Source of the DNA: Balanoglossus misakiensis
Taxonomy: Eukaryota; Animalia; Hemichordata
DNA length: 64,000 nt
Direction: 5' to 3'
Assembly (NCBI GenBank): GCA_040954595.2
Contig: CM082592.2
Coordinates: forward strand, 8,295,677-8,359,676
In this document: positions 1 to 14,520 of the stretch, piece by piece
Numbering within the stretch: the stretch's first letter is position 1
Layout: the number at the start of each line of letters is the position of its first letter
Program-made: the position numbers and the translations under genes
The notes under the pieces: model-generated
Seen by the model: the letters and a program-made list of their open reading frames with translations, nothing else
Told to the model about the DNA's origin: nothing
The model's database searches: none

Positions 1-1676
1 CGACACACAGCTATGACATTTCAATCATTGTCATCATTTACATTACAAGATTCAGGGCCGTGACCCCAGAAAGTGTTACCACGGCAACCGCATCCACCTC
101 TGGTTTTTTCCTTCCCATGCTGTTTATTAGAACTATTTATTAGAGCACTGGGCCTGCAGACAGAGAAGTGTCATTTAATCAGAGACCGCTATTAGGAAAT
201 TATTGAATACCGCACGGTTGCGAATTATATCGCACTCTCTCAATGTCGCTTCACTGGTCTTGGAATGTTAGAATTTTTTTTAATCAATTATGAATGTCAC
301 CTATATGTACATGCATCAAACCTATATGCACTGCACAGTAAATTTAGTTAATTTCCTCTCGATTTCGGAATATGGGCATTTGCTGGGAACGCTTGCAAAA
401 GCTGAAATTTTCTTGTGCACTGTTTGTCTCGTTCTCTCTCTCTCGTGACAGAAAACTAAAAAATTGTTTCTGAATAGCAACATGTTTATCGCCACTGTTA
501 AGTGACATATTTACAAGCCATTAACATGTTTGCACAACTGTTTGTGTTGAAAAACAGACCAGGAATGTATGCAGAGGTGTGTAGTGGGCAACTGTAAAAT
601 GACCTCAGCATGTGTGTCATTGCGACAGCTGTCCCCTGTTGAAAAACAACTGGGGGATGGGTGCAGGTCGCAACACCAGTTATTTAATAATCAAAACAAA
701 CATGGGATTTTGTGCTATTTTTACTGGTGATGCCAACAGTTTTGCTTTCAGAATATTCAGAAGGGACATATTGGAAGCGCAACAGACATATTATCTGTAC
801 AGAAAATGGATAATAATTCAATTCAGAGTACAGTATGAATTTCACACATCGAACATTTTTGTAAGTTTTTCTAATTGCAAATACTTATGGCCAACATACT
901 TCTTATCCAGTCAAAGACCGAACATCTCTGATCACTTTGAACTTGACAAATGGAACCCCTCCCCCACCCAAGGTGCTGACAATAGCTTTCAACGCAAGGT
1001 GGGAAACACCCCCCCCCCCCCCTCGAGCGAATCAATTTATAAAATAACCAGGTTCTGCACTGCAGACCATGCATTCAGGCATGCAGTGGTTGAACAGTAG
1101 ACCTGGGCAAATTTTCTCACCTGTAAGTTAAGTCATGTTACATGCCAATAAGCCCCTCCCCTTTACCATATCCAACCTGCCAGCAAGATGCCTGAGTCAG
1201 AAACTCAGAGGCTGTCAATTCTAATCTGACTTAACTCCTGACAATATGTGAATTACTTTTAATTTCAAATGCCCCCGAGGCCCTCTTCCCTTTCACTCAG
1301 CGACCCTTTGCATTCCGGAGTTGTTCAAACAAAGCTGTCAACATTGAACGGCTGCCATTTCAGAGCTTTGAAAAGCAAGGGACAAAAACTAAAGGTGCAT
1401 TTCAAATCGCTAATGTTGGTTTCACGTTTTATTCAGGGCTGGATGTAGCTACTGGGAAATGGACTTCACTTCCTAGGGGGTGGAGGTGTTAACATTCCTT
1501 TCTATGTCAACCTCTTCCCCCGATTGCTATTAGGTCAATCTCTTTATTTTTTCACTCACATGGTTGGGCTTATGTACCAGCAGAAAGGGGAGACAGTTGG
1601 TCCTCAGATTTAGGAAATCCCATACTTCAGATGTATTCTCATTTGCTGTCAGAAACACAGACAGTAAGAAGTCCAT

Positions 1677-1730
1677 CTGTCTCTGTCTGTCTGTCTATGT
1701 GTCTGTCTCTGTCTCTATGTCTCTCTCACT
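1677..1730. repeat. Degenerate (TCTG)/(TC) simple repeat
   Basis: Run of ctgtctctgtctgtctgtctatgtgtctgtctct... in MED13 intron 3. Confidence 0.7.
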
Positions 1731-1820
1731 ATCCCTCATCCTAGTAAGCATATTAGAAGACGGATAGTGATCATTATGCCAACTAGTGCTAGAACACTCT
1801 CAAGAACACAGCGACCTTAC

Positions 1821-4800
1821 CTTTCCAACAGATTGTGGAGAGCCTTGAACAGCAGCGTCCTACATTCATAGGTGAGTCCATTCTCCCAGGTCCCCTCAAG
1901 AGTTTCATTGACTGCAGAGCAAGAGAAAGAAAAAATAAAGACGATGAAAAATAAAACCCAACAAACATTGAAGTGTATGATGTCTGGGACAGCGTTGAGT
2001 AATGATTACAATGCTCTTCCTACGCATTACAATGTGCAACACTTTTCAAAACACTATCGGAAAAATATTTTTACACATGCTGCTTTCATTGAGTGTTAAC
2101 CCTTCAATAGAGCTTCCATGGTTAGCTATCAACCACAACATGACACATATCGGTTTTTTAACGACGGCAATTTTTAGAGATAATCGGACTACTACTTGTC
2201 AATGGCCACTCTCTGTATACTATTCATCAGAAATATTCCATATGTCTCACAAGTATTGATAACATTCTTTGACATTCCAATCTCTGAAAACAATGCATAA
2301 TGCATTCCCTGCCCCTAGTGTGGAATTGAAATTGAATATAATCTGATGACTTCTTGGAAAACAGAATGAATGTATAATTACTGAGAGAGGTCTATTTCTG
2401 ATTTGTTTTCTACATGTATATTTCATTGTCAGCGAAGAGTTTCTCCTTCCCAGGTTGTACATATCTAAAATTTGACCCAGAAACACGTTTCAACACAAAT
2501 ATGCTAACCGGATTCTATTTTACAGATAACACGCACACGACAAAACACACACGCAACCACTTGGTCCAGTCCATCACTCTTCATTTTTTATGCCCGTCAT
2601 AAAATATCTCGACCTCTCACCAGTTACACAAACAGGTACTCTTTTCGCAGAAGCCAGACAATAACTGAACTATACGCACTTGCCAGTACCTGTGTCACGC
2701 ACTACTGCAGGTCACAACCTCTAAGCTACTGGCACGGTGTTTACTTAGGCTTCAGTGTACTTTACACACTCTTTATGGGTTTATCACCCCAAGGTAGCAG
2801 ATTTATCAGGGCATATGGGCAAACAAAATGGCTCCCTTTCCCAGGCAAAGATCAACGCTAGCTCACAAAGTACATGTACATGTATATTCAGCTTTACACA
2901 TCCTCAATTTGACTTCTAGACTTAACTATAGATGCATGACAAGAACTATTGTAAGCCAAGAAACAGAGTCAACCAGAATCTCTGACATATCCCAACCTTT
3001 GCCGTGGTTGCAAAAATATGCGCTGGCAGACACACTTGTTTACTTTATAAATTGACCAATTCCACCCACCCTTGGGATCTTTATGTCACTGAACAAACAA
3101 CAACCGTTTCAAAATCATTACGACAGTTATTTAATTTCAATGTAAAATGCTCTGGGGGTCAAACTTGCATTATTAACACCATGAATATCAATAATCTCTT
3201 ATTATTAGTGTGTTTTGACAAGTTATATATATGATAAACATTCACGCGTTATCAGTACCCTCATTTAATTTTCGAGGCCATAGTGACTAAATTTATCCTT
3301 ATGTCAAATACACAATCACACGTAAAGAGAACCAGCTTCATGTGTTATTTATTTGTCCTGATTCTTTTTTGTTAAAAAATATATAACAACACACACTACA
3401 ACAAAGGGCGATACTTGGTGGCCATTTTGCATAAATGTAATGGCCGCCACGTATGAAATTGGGTCAAAAATGAACACAAAGAAAAAAATTCTCAGGTCAA
3501 AAACCATGAAAAGGTTCATGACAGACAGCGTGGCTAGGATGTTGAGAGCACATTACAAAACCTGCTGATATCAAAGTATGAAGTCAAAAAGCGGGGGTGT
3601 TTGTAATTACAGAGAGCATGTGTCCTGCTCCCATTACAGAGAGCAGAAAGAAAGGGCAAGACATGAGACAGCAACCTCGCATATTACCATTTTTCCAAGT
3701 AGGTTTCGGAATGTTCAAATTCACTTAATAAACACACCATGCCTTACTGAACACTTGCACTCGCCATCTACATGCGCTAAAACGTCGACAAAAGTCCAGT
3801 GTGTACAAGACCCAGACTCAGCTATTCTGCATATGAGGATCTAATTGAATAAAATGTAGAATATTTTTGCTACCAACGTTCACGCAAGCTTTCAGCATTA
3901 TTCACACATTTGTTGCTGAAGTACAGTGAGAAAGGGGTCACTGGCAAAGAGAGTATAAATCCAACTTTGCTTTTCTCTGAGCGAAAATTTCTGAAAATTT
4001 CACCATGTCTGTTTCTTTTTGTTAGAGGGCACACTGACCCTCACCCCTCCAAGCTCACTTTCAAACATGTCATCACCTACCACCCAAGCACTTCACGCCC
4101 TATTTCAGTTCAAAGACTTGTTGATGGACAAACTATTCCTCTTTTCACACCCAGCAGACTGCTCAGCACACACAGTTCTCTCACAACCACTGCCGGAACA
4201 GAGAGGGCCTGCAGCTCGGTTTATATAGAAATAATAAAATAATTTTGTCATACAGCAACAGAAGTATGGTTGATAGATGAATATGGAACACAACTGGAAC
4301 AAAATCCATCATTCTCTCCGACTAACCCTATAACATCAACAAAAGACTTCACACTGACTGCTTGCCTTACCGCTAAATAACCAAACAGCAATGTTTAAAT
4401 AAGTCTTTGATACTGGGAAGTGAAATTGGGGAAATTCTCTGCGGCTTGCTGGGTTCAATGATCAGGGTTCACCCCCACCATGGAGCAGTTCTATTAATTA
4501 ATCACCCTGTCGGGCCTTGCTTGGTTCTACATGTATTTGTACTGAACTGGGGTCATGGGGGTCAGCGAACACAGAGTTAATGGAACAATCAAACAGCGGC
4601 CATACTTAAATCGTGCAGCATTTCCTAAAAGGACCAGAACAAAAACTGTCAGCTGTATTTCTAGTTCAATTCAGCACGGCGACCCGTAGTTTACTGGACG
4701 CTTGCAAAAGCAACTATTTCGTATCCAACTTTCACTAGTAACACGTATACCAAAAATAAAACTTTCACATAAAATCCACCTTTGTCGTCAGAGAACATGT

Positions 4801-7800
4801 AAATGGCAAGCCAAACTAGCTACCTTTACATGCAATTAAATGTAATCACAACTGACATTATCAGTAAACAGGTTGCAAGCCGATGCTTTTGTAAGGAACC
4901 GAGGCATGTCACTCTGCCAATACATACATTGTAAATCCCTAACCCTAAACTCCACCATTCTTCACTTCACACACAACTGGCAGCGAATCATGTATAATTT
5001 AAATGCAACATTGTCAGTCAGGACTGCAACAGCACCAAGCAACTGCCCTTCAATTTATCCCCCCCACCCTCCCATTGTTGCTATAATGCGTAATATGTCA
5101 GAACCGAGTATACAAGGTTAGTGATCATTTTGTAATGTGTAAACGTGATACTGTAAGTCGCAGTTTTTTCATGTTCATTAAATCACAAAGAACCTGCCAG
5201 GAAATCATTTCAAACAGACATAGCTTACAGCTTCTAACCAGTGCTGGACTATCAAGATTAATTTGCTCATTTAATGTGATGGGTAGATTAAATTTCTAGG
5301 CAACCAACCTGACCTATTGTTGATGTTGCGATTACCCAGAAGTTTCAACATGACTCTTGGTTGAACTCTCAACCGCAATACAAGCTAACATGTCCCTGCT
5401 GGTATGTCACCTCAGAAATCGAACCTTTCATTGAACGCGACAGATTAGTGACGTTCCTTCAGCTGGGCCCAGGTCCTGTGAATTGAATCTTCCTCGCCAT
5501 TTTTGAACACAGAATACATTTCCAGCTATCAGAGTGCAAGCAATCCATTTCTCTCTGTGAAACATACACCGTAAGTACGAAAATTTGCATGAGGCCTTTC
5601 TTCAGAATGGCACCATCCGCACCAAATTCATAACAATTCTCGACAAAAATTCTACACCATAAAATCATTGAGTCATCCCGCCATCCAGAAATGCCCCCAG
5701 ATAAAATAAAACCTGTTGTTTGCATATATCTCTGAATGACCTTGAGAACATGCCCACTGCTGGCAAAACAGAACACTACATTTAACCTGAATAAAAAGAC
5801 AAAGGAAAATACCGCTAAAAATATAAAATCCTAATGTATATATGACACTGGAAAGAAAGGTAAGGGTATTAAAATTTCAGTTATTTATTTGTATTTCACA
5901 TGTTTAGATTCTCCACTTCGTTAGTTTGCCTAAAAAAAATGATGTCAGCACTTTTCTTTTGGAATGTAATTTTCGACATGGTCTGTCAAAGTCCCCAGCC
6001 AAAAAAAAAAAATCCCCTACTGGCAAGATAAGACTTTGCTCCCAACAGTAGACAGGAGAAAAACAGCTCAATGTATCAGCTGACCTCTGACCTCAGCTGG
6101 CTATCTATCACAACATGTTCAGCAGCAAGATGTATTTTTAATGTAATATCATAAGACTTTTAAATGACTCTCCCAACTTGTACGGATAAACCATACTACG
6201 GGGCAGGAATGAAAATGATTAATTTAAATATCAGCAGAATACATCAAAACAGATCCGAGCAACAAATCACGAGTATCAATCTCTCGCTATTTATCTATAA
6301 AACCTGCCAATAGCTTCTTAAATTTGGTAATCACATTTAGAGTTTCCTATCAAATCAATCGAGCTGGCTTCGGGCGGATTAAGGAGTTTACACTGCGTCA
6401 CAGATAACATGGACTCGGCACACTAAGGGGTTGTTGTAATAAATTCATCCACAAACAAACCTGCTAACCTTTACTTGCAATGAAACTGACAAAGTGGTTG
6501 TGGAGTGCAACATAAATGATGCCTGATAATCAATGAAACTGACGCTTTCCCCGACAGGTTTTAGCACAGGAGGTTTAATTTTATTTCAAGTATGTACAGG
6601 TATCGGCATACTAACCTTTCCACATTCACCGGTAAAAGCTAGATGCCATACAACTACATGAAATATGACACCGACGTTAATCTTCCCGAGGAAGACGAGG
6701 CCAGCAGCCATATTGCACGTAATTTATCACATGGGTAAATCGTTCTTAACTAGATTAAGAATATCGTTCATAAATTAACAGCAAATACTCTTGGAAATTA
6801 GCTGGAATGCCTTTTTTTGTAGTTCAGTATTGCTTTGGCGGAACCTGTTGTATTCTATTCAAATACCAGGTCAACTGCCAGGCCAGACAGTGTCGCTTTT
6901 GATAAAGAGGGGAAAAAAACATGTTAATGGAATCCATACATGTGCCCAGAACAGAGCGGAAAGGTCAAGCTCACGGTGTGACTTTTTCGAATGAATGCCA
7001 TTCCTAAACGTCTGTGTGTAGAGTGTGCGTCACAATTGAGTTGTTTACAACACCAGCATTCGCCAATTATGAATACGGACAGCGTGGCTAAAAGCATGCA
7101 ATTACATTGCAATATGCAACAGGGATTTGTTCGAAATGGCAAAGTCGAATCTAATTTGATTTTCTCTTTTTTTCGAGGGGGTGGGTGGGCTATTAAACAG
7201 AAAAAATGACCCACCAGACAGGGAAACATTACATATTTAACAATGCTGTATTTCAATTACCTTTGAATTAATTTTGTCAAATTAAATTTTATCACCAATT
7301 ACATTTTGCTACGGAAGATGAAGATACGTGCTAGTTGAATTAAATTGTCCTCATTAAGATACGTTCTACACAACCATATGTTTGGCAAACAGCCTTTGTT
7401 TTGGGTAAGACCTGACAACGTTTGACAAACAGGCAATTCATCAACCTGGGATGTTTGTGCTTTGAAAACCTCGTATGGGTATTTATTTAACAGTTGCCCT
7501 CTCATAGAGGATGAAAATGATTACCTTAGTTACACATTGCTTCAGTTCTTTTATGACACGCGGCCATATTTTGCGCATAATTTCCATGAAGTGACATCAA
7601 TCTCGCGTTCTACGCAAACGTTTCATGTGAATACAAGACACGACTCCATTCATCTAAATACTTAGATTGTTTTAAAATTAAAATAATCCAACATTTGTTA
7701 TCTAATTCTATGATATTTGAACAGCTATTTGTTCTGTGAAACATATTCGACTTTTTGAAATTTACGTCATTTTGATTCATTTTATCTTTCATTAGGAAAC

Positions 7801-10800
7801 AGGTGGATTAATGTCGTTTTTTTTCACTGACGCAGATTTGCACAAAATGATAATCTCAAATAACAGCAGACAAGTATCAAGACGGATCATGATTAATAAA
7901 AATACTATTACTGCAGGGCAGAAAGGGTGCCGCCATTAGGAAAGAAATTACACGAGACAAGGTCAGAAACGATGAACACCTGGTCCATTTCTGACAATTT
8001 CATTACGCACAACAGCGACTGAATTCGAACAAACGATCATAATTAATACATCCTATTAACACAGAAGAATCAATTTCAGAGGCAGGCTATGTAATCAATT
8101 TCACAAACAGCTCATCGTATCTTTTCAAAAATATGTGACCTGTGAAAATTCAGTTTACAGGTTTCATAAGAATCAACCTGCATAGAATACTAATTATGGT
8201 ACAACAGGCAAGGACGAAAAACTCAAAGCAATATCATCAATCATAATTTTTCTTTTTATATGGATTTTTTTATCTCCCTGGAATTAAAGACAAGACGCAT
8301 TTGTCAACCAGTCATCATCTGAGAGATACATTATCATCAATCAGACAGCATAAAGTCCCGTTTTTCCCAATAGCGAGTGCATTAAAATGATGACGTCCAG
8401 CTAATGAGATTCATGCAAGAGATTGATTTAGAACTGTTTGGAGAGAAACTACCAAACATGCTCAATAACCAAGAAAGGGGAAAAAGACACACACACATAC
8501 ACACAACAGCTGAGTACTTCTACATTCCAGGCGTCTCATGCACTTTTCTACAATGCCACTACTCAAGAAATCAAATACCCAGGATCTTATTCTTTCGAAA
8601 GGGATTTTTCCCTACACCTTTACACCTAAACCATGTCCTCCAGAAAAAAAGAGGTTGCATAAATTACATAAGCTGACATTTCAAGTAGCGATAAATCAGG
8701 TATTTCATTTGAAATTACGGCTATCATAAAATAAGCGGCAATGCAATTTCTATTTGGCATTGCCAATGCTATTATGAGACACAAAGGGCATGTCCTACAG
8801 CTGACTAGTGTAAATCAATGGGTTCTTTTGTGAGATCACAAACTGTTATACTAAACATTTTTTGTACTCAGGTCCTTCCTACAGGTAAACACAAAGTGAT
8901 TGACCTGATATTTACATGTGTACGACTTGAAGCCAGTTCACTTTTGCACAAACAGACTTAAAAATAGTACACTGATCGTAAACCAGACAGCCGTAATCTA
9001 CTTCGGCAAGTGCCGATGGACGGTGAAAAGTCATTTCAAAGAAAAAAATTCACACTCCTATCAAAAACAGACGCAGAGAATGACAAACACTAGACATTGT
9101 GCAATGACCTGCAATAGTTTCTCGTGACTGCTCTTGTAGACATTTTCCTGTGATTTTTTTTAGTACTTCCTGGTATTTGGGGTCACTGCCAGTCAATCGC
9201 GTCTCACACACGAACCCAGATGGCTCTTCATGCACGATCACTTCCTTCTAAATACCCTAACAACACCACTACTTGTCAACGAATGACATAGTCACCACAC
9301 GATCAATAATTCGTAATAAACAAAATACTGAAAGAAATCATGATGAGACGAAACTGATCGAGGCATGTAAACAGTATAAAATGATTCAGGCTATGTCTCT
9401 AACAGAATGACCTGACCAGTGCTAAAAAAATCATAACATTCGAGAAATTATCAGGGCACTGTGCATATGTCTACTGGTGCTAATTGCTTTTATCGCAGGA
9501 TCAAGGAATTGTCAGTCATTACACTACATTCAGTGGTTTCATTATCAATGATAAAGACTGCAATTAATTTTATAATGCACCGGGTAACTTCGTGTTACAG
9601 CAGATAATTTCTAATCATGTCAATCTCTGGAGATCAATGTTAAAAAGCAACCTTCGACACAAACTATGTACACCAGACACATCATTTGCGTGAATGTTTG
9701 CCCATTTGCTGTTGATCTTGTGACGTCTTTACAACAAGACAGCAACAAAAGATGATGTTTTTTAATAACACCTCTTTCTCTCTCTCTAAAGAACAACCAC
9801 TAAAGAGTGCTCACAAACGATTCCATTATGCTCGATGAAAGATTCAAGAGCCATTACTTTCAATCGGAGATTTCAAACGAATATGACCCTGACACTATTA
9901 TTTCTCTTTCGCCACCCTCTTTTGTTTTCTTTGTGAAACCTGAGGGGAATGCAAAGAGCCACAAATCCTACTACAAGGGCAGATATTGATAATTTCTCTG
10001 CGATATTAAAAAAAAAAAATCCACGAGTACCGCTTTGCAAATTTAATGAGTGCGGGCCAGGCAGTGAGAGCGAGAGATACGTGCAGATCTGCAGATTGAC
10101 AATATTCAATGTGATGAATACATAATGTAAAAGGTCAAATTAATCGCTTTCTTCCACCTGCGTAATGCGTAATGTAGAAGAATTTGCCATCCCTGACTGC
10201 GCTGAAAGGTGGAATTTTCTATCTGCGGAATGGGGCTGCAACTGCCCTTGAAGGATAAAATGCGCTGCAAATTCCAATTTCAGGGACAGGTTTGGTGAAC
10301 GGGGCCCCACGACCATTTTACTGAAATTTCACACCTTTTCTATTTGACGAGGATTAGGGGCACCCCCCTGTGTGGACTGGTGCTACTCCGACAATTAAGC
10401 GCTCTTGGGAGATCGAAACGTCAGCAATGTGCGGGTCAGGTCAAACAAGACATGTGGCATGGGATCAATTTGATGGTGAACGACTGGGATCAAGGCAAAA
10501 GATGTGTTACAATACTGGTGGTAGCAGAAGTGATAGAAACCTCTAGTGAGCTACATGACTAGGGTTAGGTCAAAGGTGACAAGAGAGGTCATAGTTGACA
10601 TGCTATGATGACACCATTTTCTAAATATACAGCAAAGTGTCTACTATCCCCCAACCCCCAGTTGCCACCACCCCCCCCCCAAACTACAACCACCACAAAC
10701 CAACAGTTCTTCAAGGTCTCAGAGAGCAAATTTTCAATCTCCCTTTATTCCACCGAGATTACCTCACAATCTGATTTCCAACATCTACTCAACTCATCTG

Positions 10801-13800
10801 CCATCATTTTTTTCTCCCCTTCTGGTAATAACCTGATCGCACTTGATTGACTGCTGGTGTTGACAGCATACATATAAATTGGATCATGCAGTCACATTTT
10901 AATTAATTAATCATTGATAAGACACCATCACCCGGTAAATAGTGCTCCAATAGCACACGCTCCATACAATTTTGAACTCGACCGGCAAAACAATCACCAT
11001 TTGACTTGCCCCATAAATTACAAACAAATATTTTCTGCCTGCTTGCAATTACAGTTCTTTGTATGGCAGGTGGTCACTTATGAATAAATCTCGTGTCACA
11101 CCAACCCCTGACTCGATCACCCCCTTTTCACTGTGAATGGACCCAGCCAGGTCATTGAAGGACCACTGGATTAAACAAAACAGTGGGGGTGGAAGTGTTA
11201 CATGTAAATGATCAAATTACCTGCGACAATTACACGAGAATGATGCCCACAATAGTCAACTGTTGTGTACATGTTAATGAAAGAACACATACATTTACAC
11301 CCTCTGTACCAGACAAATATTCTAGGTCAAAACTGATTATCGCATGCTGACACTGCGATGTGACCCACAAAACATAAATCCCTCCTGTCTACATAATACA
11401 GGTACCTGCCAAATTTAACAGCAGTCTCTCACCCGAGGGTGTGATATGCCGGAAAAATTAACAACTTGCCTGAATAAAGCAAATCTTGTTATTTTCAAAG
11501 AAAATAAAACAAAATGGTGGCTCAAGGCAGCAGCGCTTTATAAGCTATTGTTGAAATTTGATTGATGAATTTATTTTATTATTCGTCAATAAAACTGGAT
11601 ATCAGTGTTCTGCACCCAGCTAGTACAATACTGATGTTTATAGTTTCTGGTTAATATTTCTCATATTTTACGATTAGGTTCAGTCTCGCTGATCCAGTTT
11701 GCCCATTGTAAGCACACTAAATTTAAAACTCAAACAGATATCTGTGTGTGCGATGAAGGTTAAGTGGCAGATGATTCTTTTTTTTTGAGTCAGTGTGTGC
11801 TTTGTGTATATGTTCCTAGAAGTCCAGGCCACATTAACATGTCGCAACCTGTTCCAACAATGTCTGTACACCCATTAACGATCAGCTGAGCTGAGCTGTG
11901 CTTAGACAACAACATGCTGTATTGAAATTTACAACTGTTTATGCATATCAATGATTGCGGAATAACTTAGTATTATGCATGTGTCTTTTTTTTCTGCAGG
12001 TGGATCTCCGATATAGAAAAAAAAAGTACACAACAAGGCCCTGTTTCCCCTTTCTCCTCCTACTTCTCCCCTACCCTCATAATCAGGATATCCCCAGTCA
12101 ATCAATCAGAGTACACAATTCCGATGGGAATCACCCCCAAGCCAGCCAGCCAGCCAGCCAGCCAGCAGTGAGTAGTGCAGGGACACACCACATGAATAAT
12201 TGAATGCGACTGACATAGGTTTCTCCCCCCCAACTCCAGTCCGAACGTACAGTTGCAAGACTGCGGAACCGGAATGGAGACAGCATCCCCATGGAAGCCA
12301 CTTAGCATGGAGACAGGCTGATCGATTTGCCATGTCCAATCCGGTTCCTGATCATTATGCGTGTAAAGGGATACCTACAGGTCCTAACAGAAACCCTCCT
12401 ATTTAAGTATTATGCTGCGTGACTTCAGTTTCAGTTCGAATACGCCGTTTCCTCCCGATGCTAAGCTGTCAGCAAGACAAGTGTTTCTTTCTCTCATGCA
12501 ATATCGAAAAAAAACAATGAACTTCACCACAATCAGTCTACATTCAAGAATACAGAGGTGATGCAAATTCTCACACATTGAAATCCCTTTATCACAATTA
12601 CATCACATATCCCTTAGAAATATACACAGCAGAGAGTGACAATGTACAATAGCTACTACATCTTAATTTGTTATTTTTCTCACATGACCACTAAATACCC
12701 AGTTGATCTTTTTAAATGAAAACTAAGTCATTTCGCCAGTCACATGATTGTACAAATGACATTTTAATTTTCATTTCCAATAACAAGACCCGATTGCTCA
12801 TGTTGATTCCTCATATAAATTGAGAATGTTACATTTCACTGATTCTCAACTTGATGAATTGCCAACTATACTCACATCTATCATATATGCGATAACTGTA
12901 ACTTATTTGCCCATGCCCTGACATAAACCCATAAATGGTATTTAAAACTACACATAGAACTATTTTTCGCAGTTCAAAGTCTAAATGTTAATCTTTTCTT
13001 ATATGTAATTTACATGCTTTTTATTCGACTTACTATGTGTACACATGGTCTCCCATCTCGATGGTGGATATCATGACATTAAAATCTCTATACAACATTC
13101 TTTCCCATTAGAAAAACATTTTGGTTAATTAACTACAATTCACCACTTCCCTTCCCTAAAAGCATGAAAAGACAAAAGTCTCACCAATTCATGTTCATTT
13201 CTATGGCAACAATCACAGATATGTTTCAGTGGCACACACCGTCTAGTTTGGAAACTGCAGACATGTTTTCTGAGCAAAGCATACCCTACATGTTGACTGA
13301 CTTGTTTACATACCACCACATTGTGTTCTGGGACTCACTTGGCCCACAAATCACCGAGTATACATTACATACACCTCACATCTGCACTGATTTCCGAATA
13401 AAAAAAATAACAGTAAATATAAATTCCAGCCAGTTCTGTTCGCAACTGCGGAGTTTATACTTGTACTGTATCGAATAATTTATCTCTGGTCACCTGCTGA
13501 TGGACATTGTACCCCCTACTCTTCTGCGTGCCCTTATCGGGAGCTTTATGGAGATCACTTTTCGCAAAATGCAAATTTGACGCGACTGTGAAAGGCAAGG
13601 CCATATTGCCATTAAATGGCGATAATTCGACAAACATTATTTTGTGGCACGTTACCTTTGAGCTCGTCGGCGATCACTCTGGAGAAATCCGGCTCGTCGC
13701 CGTACCAGTACACCCACAGCTCCCGCGTCCGGCTATTTTCGGGCTTGTTGCTCGCCCCAGGGGGTAGGGTTTCGGTGTTCGTGTCAGGTATTCTCCTCCA

Positions 13801-14315
13801 AACGCTGAGAATGTCGCCAGCTAGACAGTTGGCATATGATCGCAACACAGGGTCTTCCAAGGGGCCAATGAGGGGCCCGGGGATTGTCGCCGTGTACCTA
13901 CGCCATTTTATTCCGCTCAGGTCGGTCTGCGGAAGAAGCAAGACGAAACAAGAGCTCGTTGTAATATCACCCAGTCGACCTTATCACATTGATGAATTTA
14001 AAAATAGCGCAAATATGGTAGAATTTCTGGGACATTTGCCACTCAGTTTGACCACTTCACGCGATCGCTACCGATTACGGAGCGAAACCTCTAACCCACA
14101 GCGACAGATTTCACGTCATATCTCAATATCTCGATGTTTGATCACCAATCCGAGTTAAAATGGTCCGAAATTAACATCTTACACGCTGAAATTAAAAGCG
14201 GACGAACAAAATATGCACAGTCGATTTATTTGTTACAATAACTCACCAATGCAAACAAATTCGAGTGACAATCCTCCAGACTAGCACCATTCGCCACCAG
14301 ATTTGCTGCAGTCAT
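1821..14315 (-). CDS. MED13: Mediator complex subunit 13 (MED13/MED13L orthologue), 5' part; exons 14247-14315, 13656-13926, 1821-1911; continues beyond the left edge
   Basis: Spliced translation [23 protein letters not shown]|[11 protein letters not shown]...[21 protein letters not shown]...[13 protein letters not shown]...|[31 protein letters not shown] matches the MED13 N-terminus. All junctions are GT-AG with consistent phases (0, 1, 2). Confidence 0.96.
12141..12164. repeat. (GCCA)6 microsatellite
   Basis: gccagccagccagccagccagcca read directly. Confidence 0.85.
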
Positions 14316-14399
14316 GCTCCAAGCATGACTTCACCGGTACCAGGAGGACTTTCAGCGATAGATCGCGGTTCGAGTTCCAAAAATCGCGTCAAAAATCGG

Positions 14400-14520
14400 C
14401 TCTAATTTGATCGGAAAATTCACAATTGGACAGCGTAATGGCGACTAGTGATGGAAAATACAAGGCGGTAATTACCTCGACCAGGATTGGTTAATTATAG
14501 TCACGTGGTCCGCGACCTTG
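14400..14520 (-). promoter_or_regulatory. Putative MED13 proximal promoter
   Basis: CpG-rich stretch upstream of the ATG with two CCAAT boxes on the minus strand (ATTGG near 14426 and 14487), a YY1-like AATGGCG near 14437 and an E-box GTCACGTG at 14500-14507. The TSS is not determined. Confidence 0.4.

Noticed and set aside
75-88. RFX X-box-like GTTACCACGGCAAC
   Set aside because: A single intronic motif without promoter context; cannot be supported alone.
612-1100. 162-aa plus-strand ORF
   Set aside because: Lies in a MED13 intron, has a non-ATG start, crosses a poly-C run and has no protein-like signature.
9050-9250. Possible cryptic minus-strand exon in MED13 intron 2
   Set aside because: Only a weak donor; exons 2 and 3 already join in frame and match MED13 without it.
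9340-9415. ATGATGA...CTGA spacing resembling a C/D snoRNA
   Set aside because: Antisense to the host gene, no terminal stem and no recognisable rRNA guide.
13616-14158. 180-aa plus-strand ORF
   Set aside because: Antisense to MED13 exon 2 and intron 1; no domain features.
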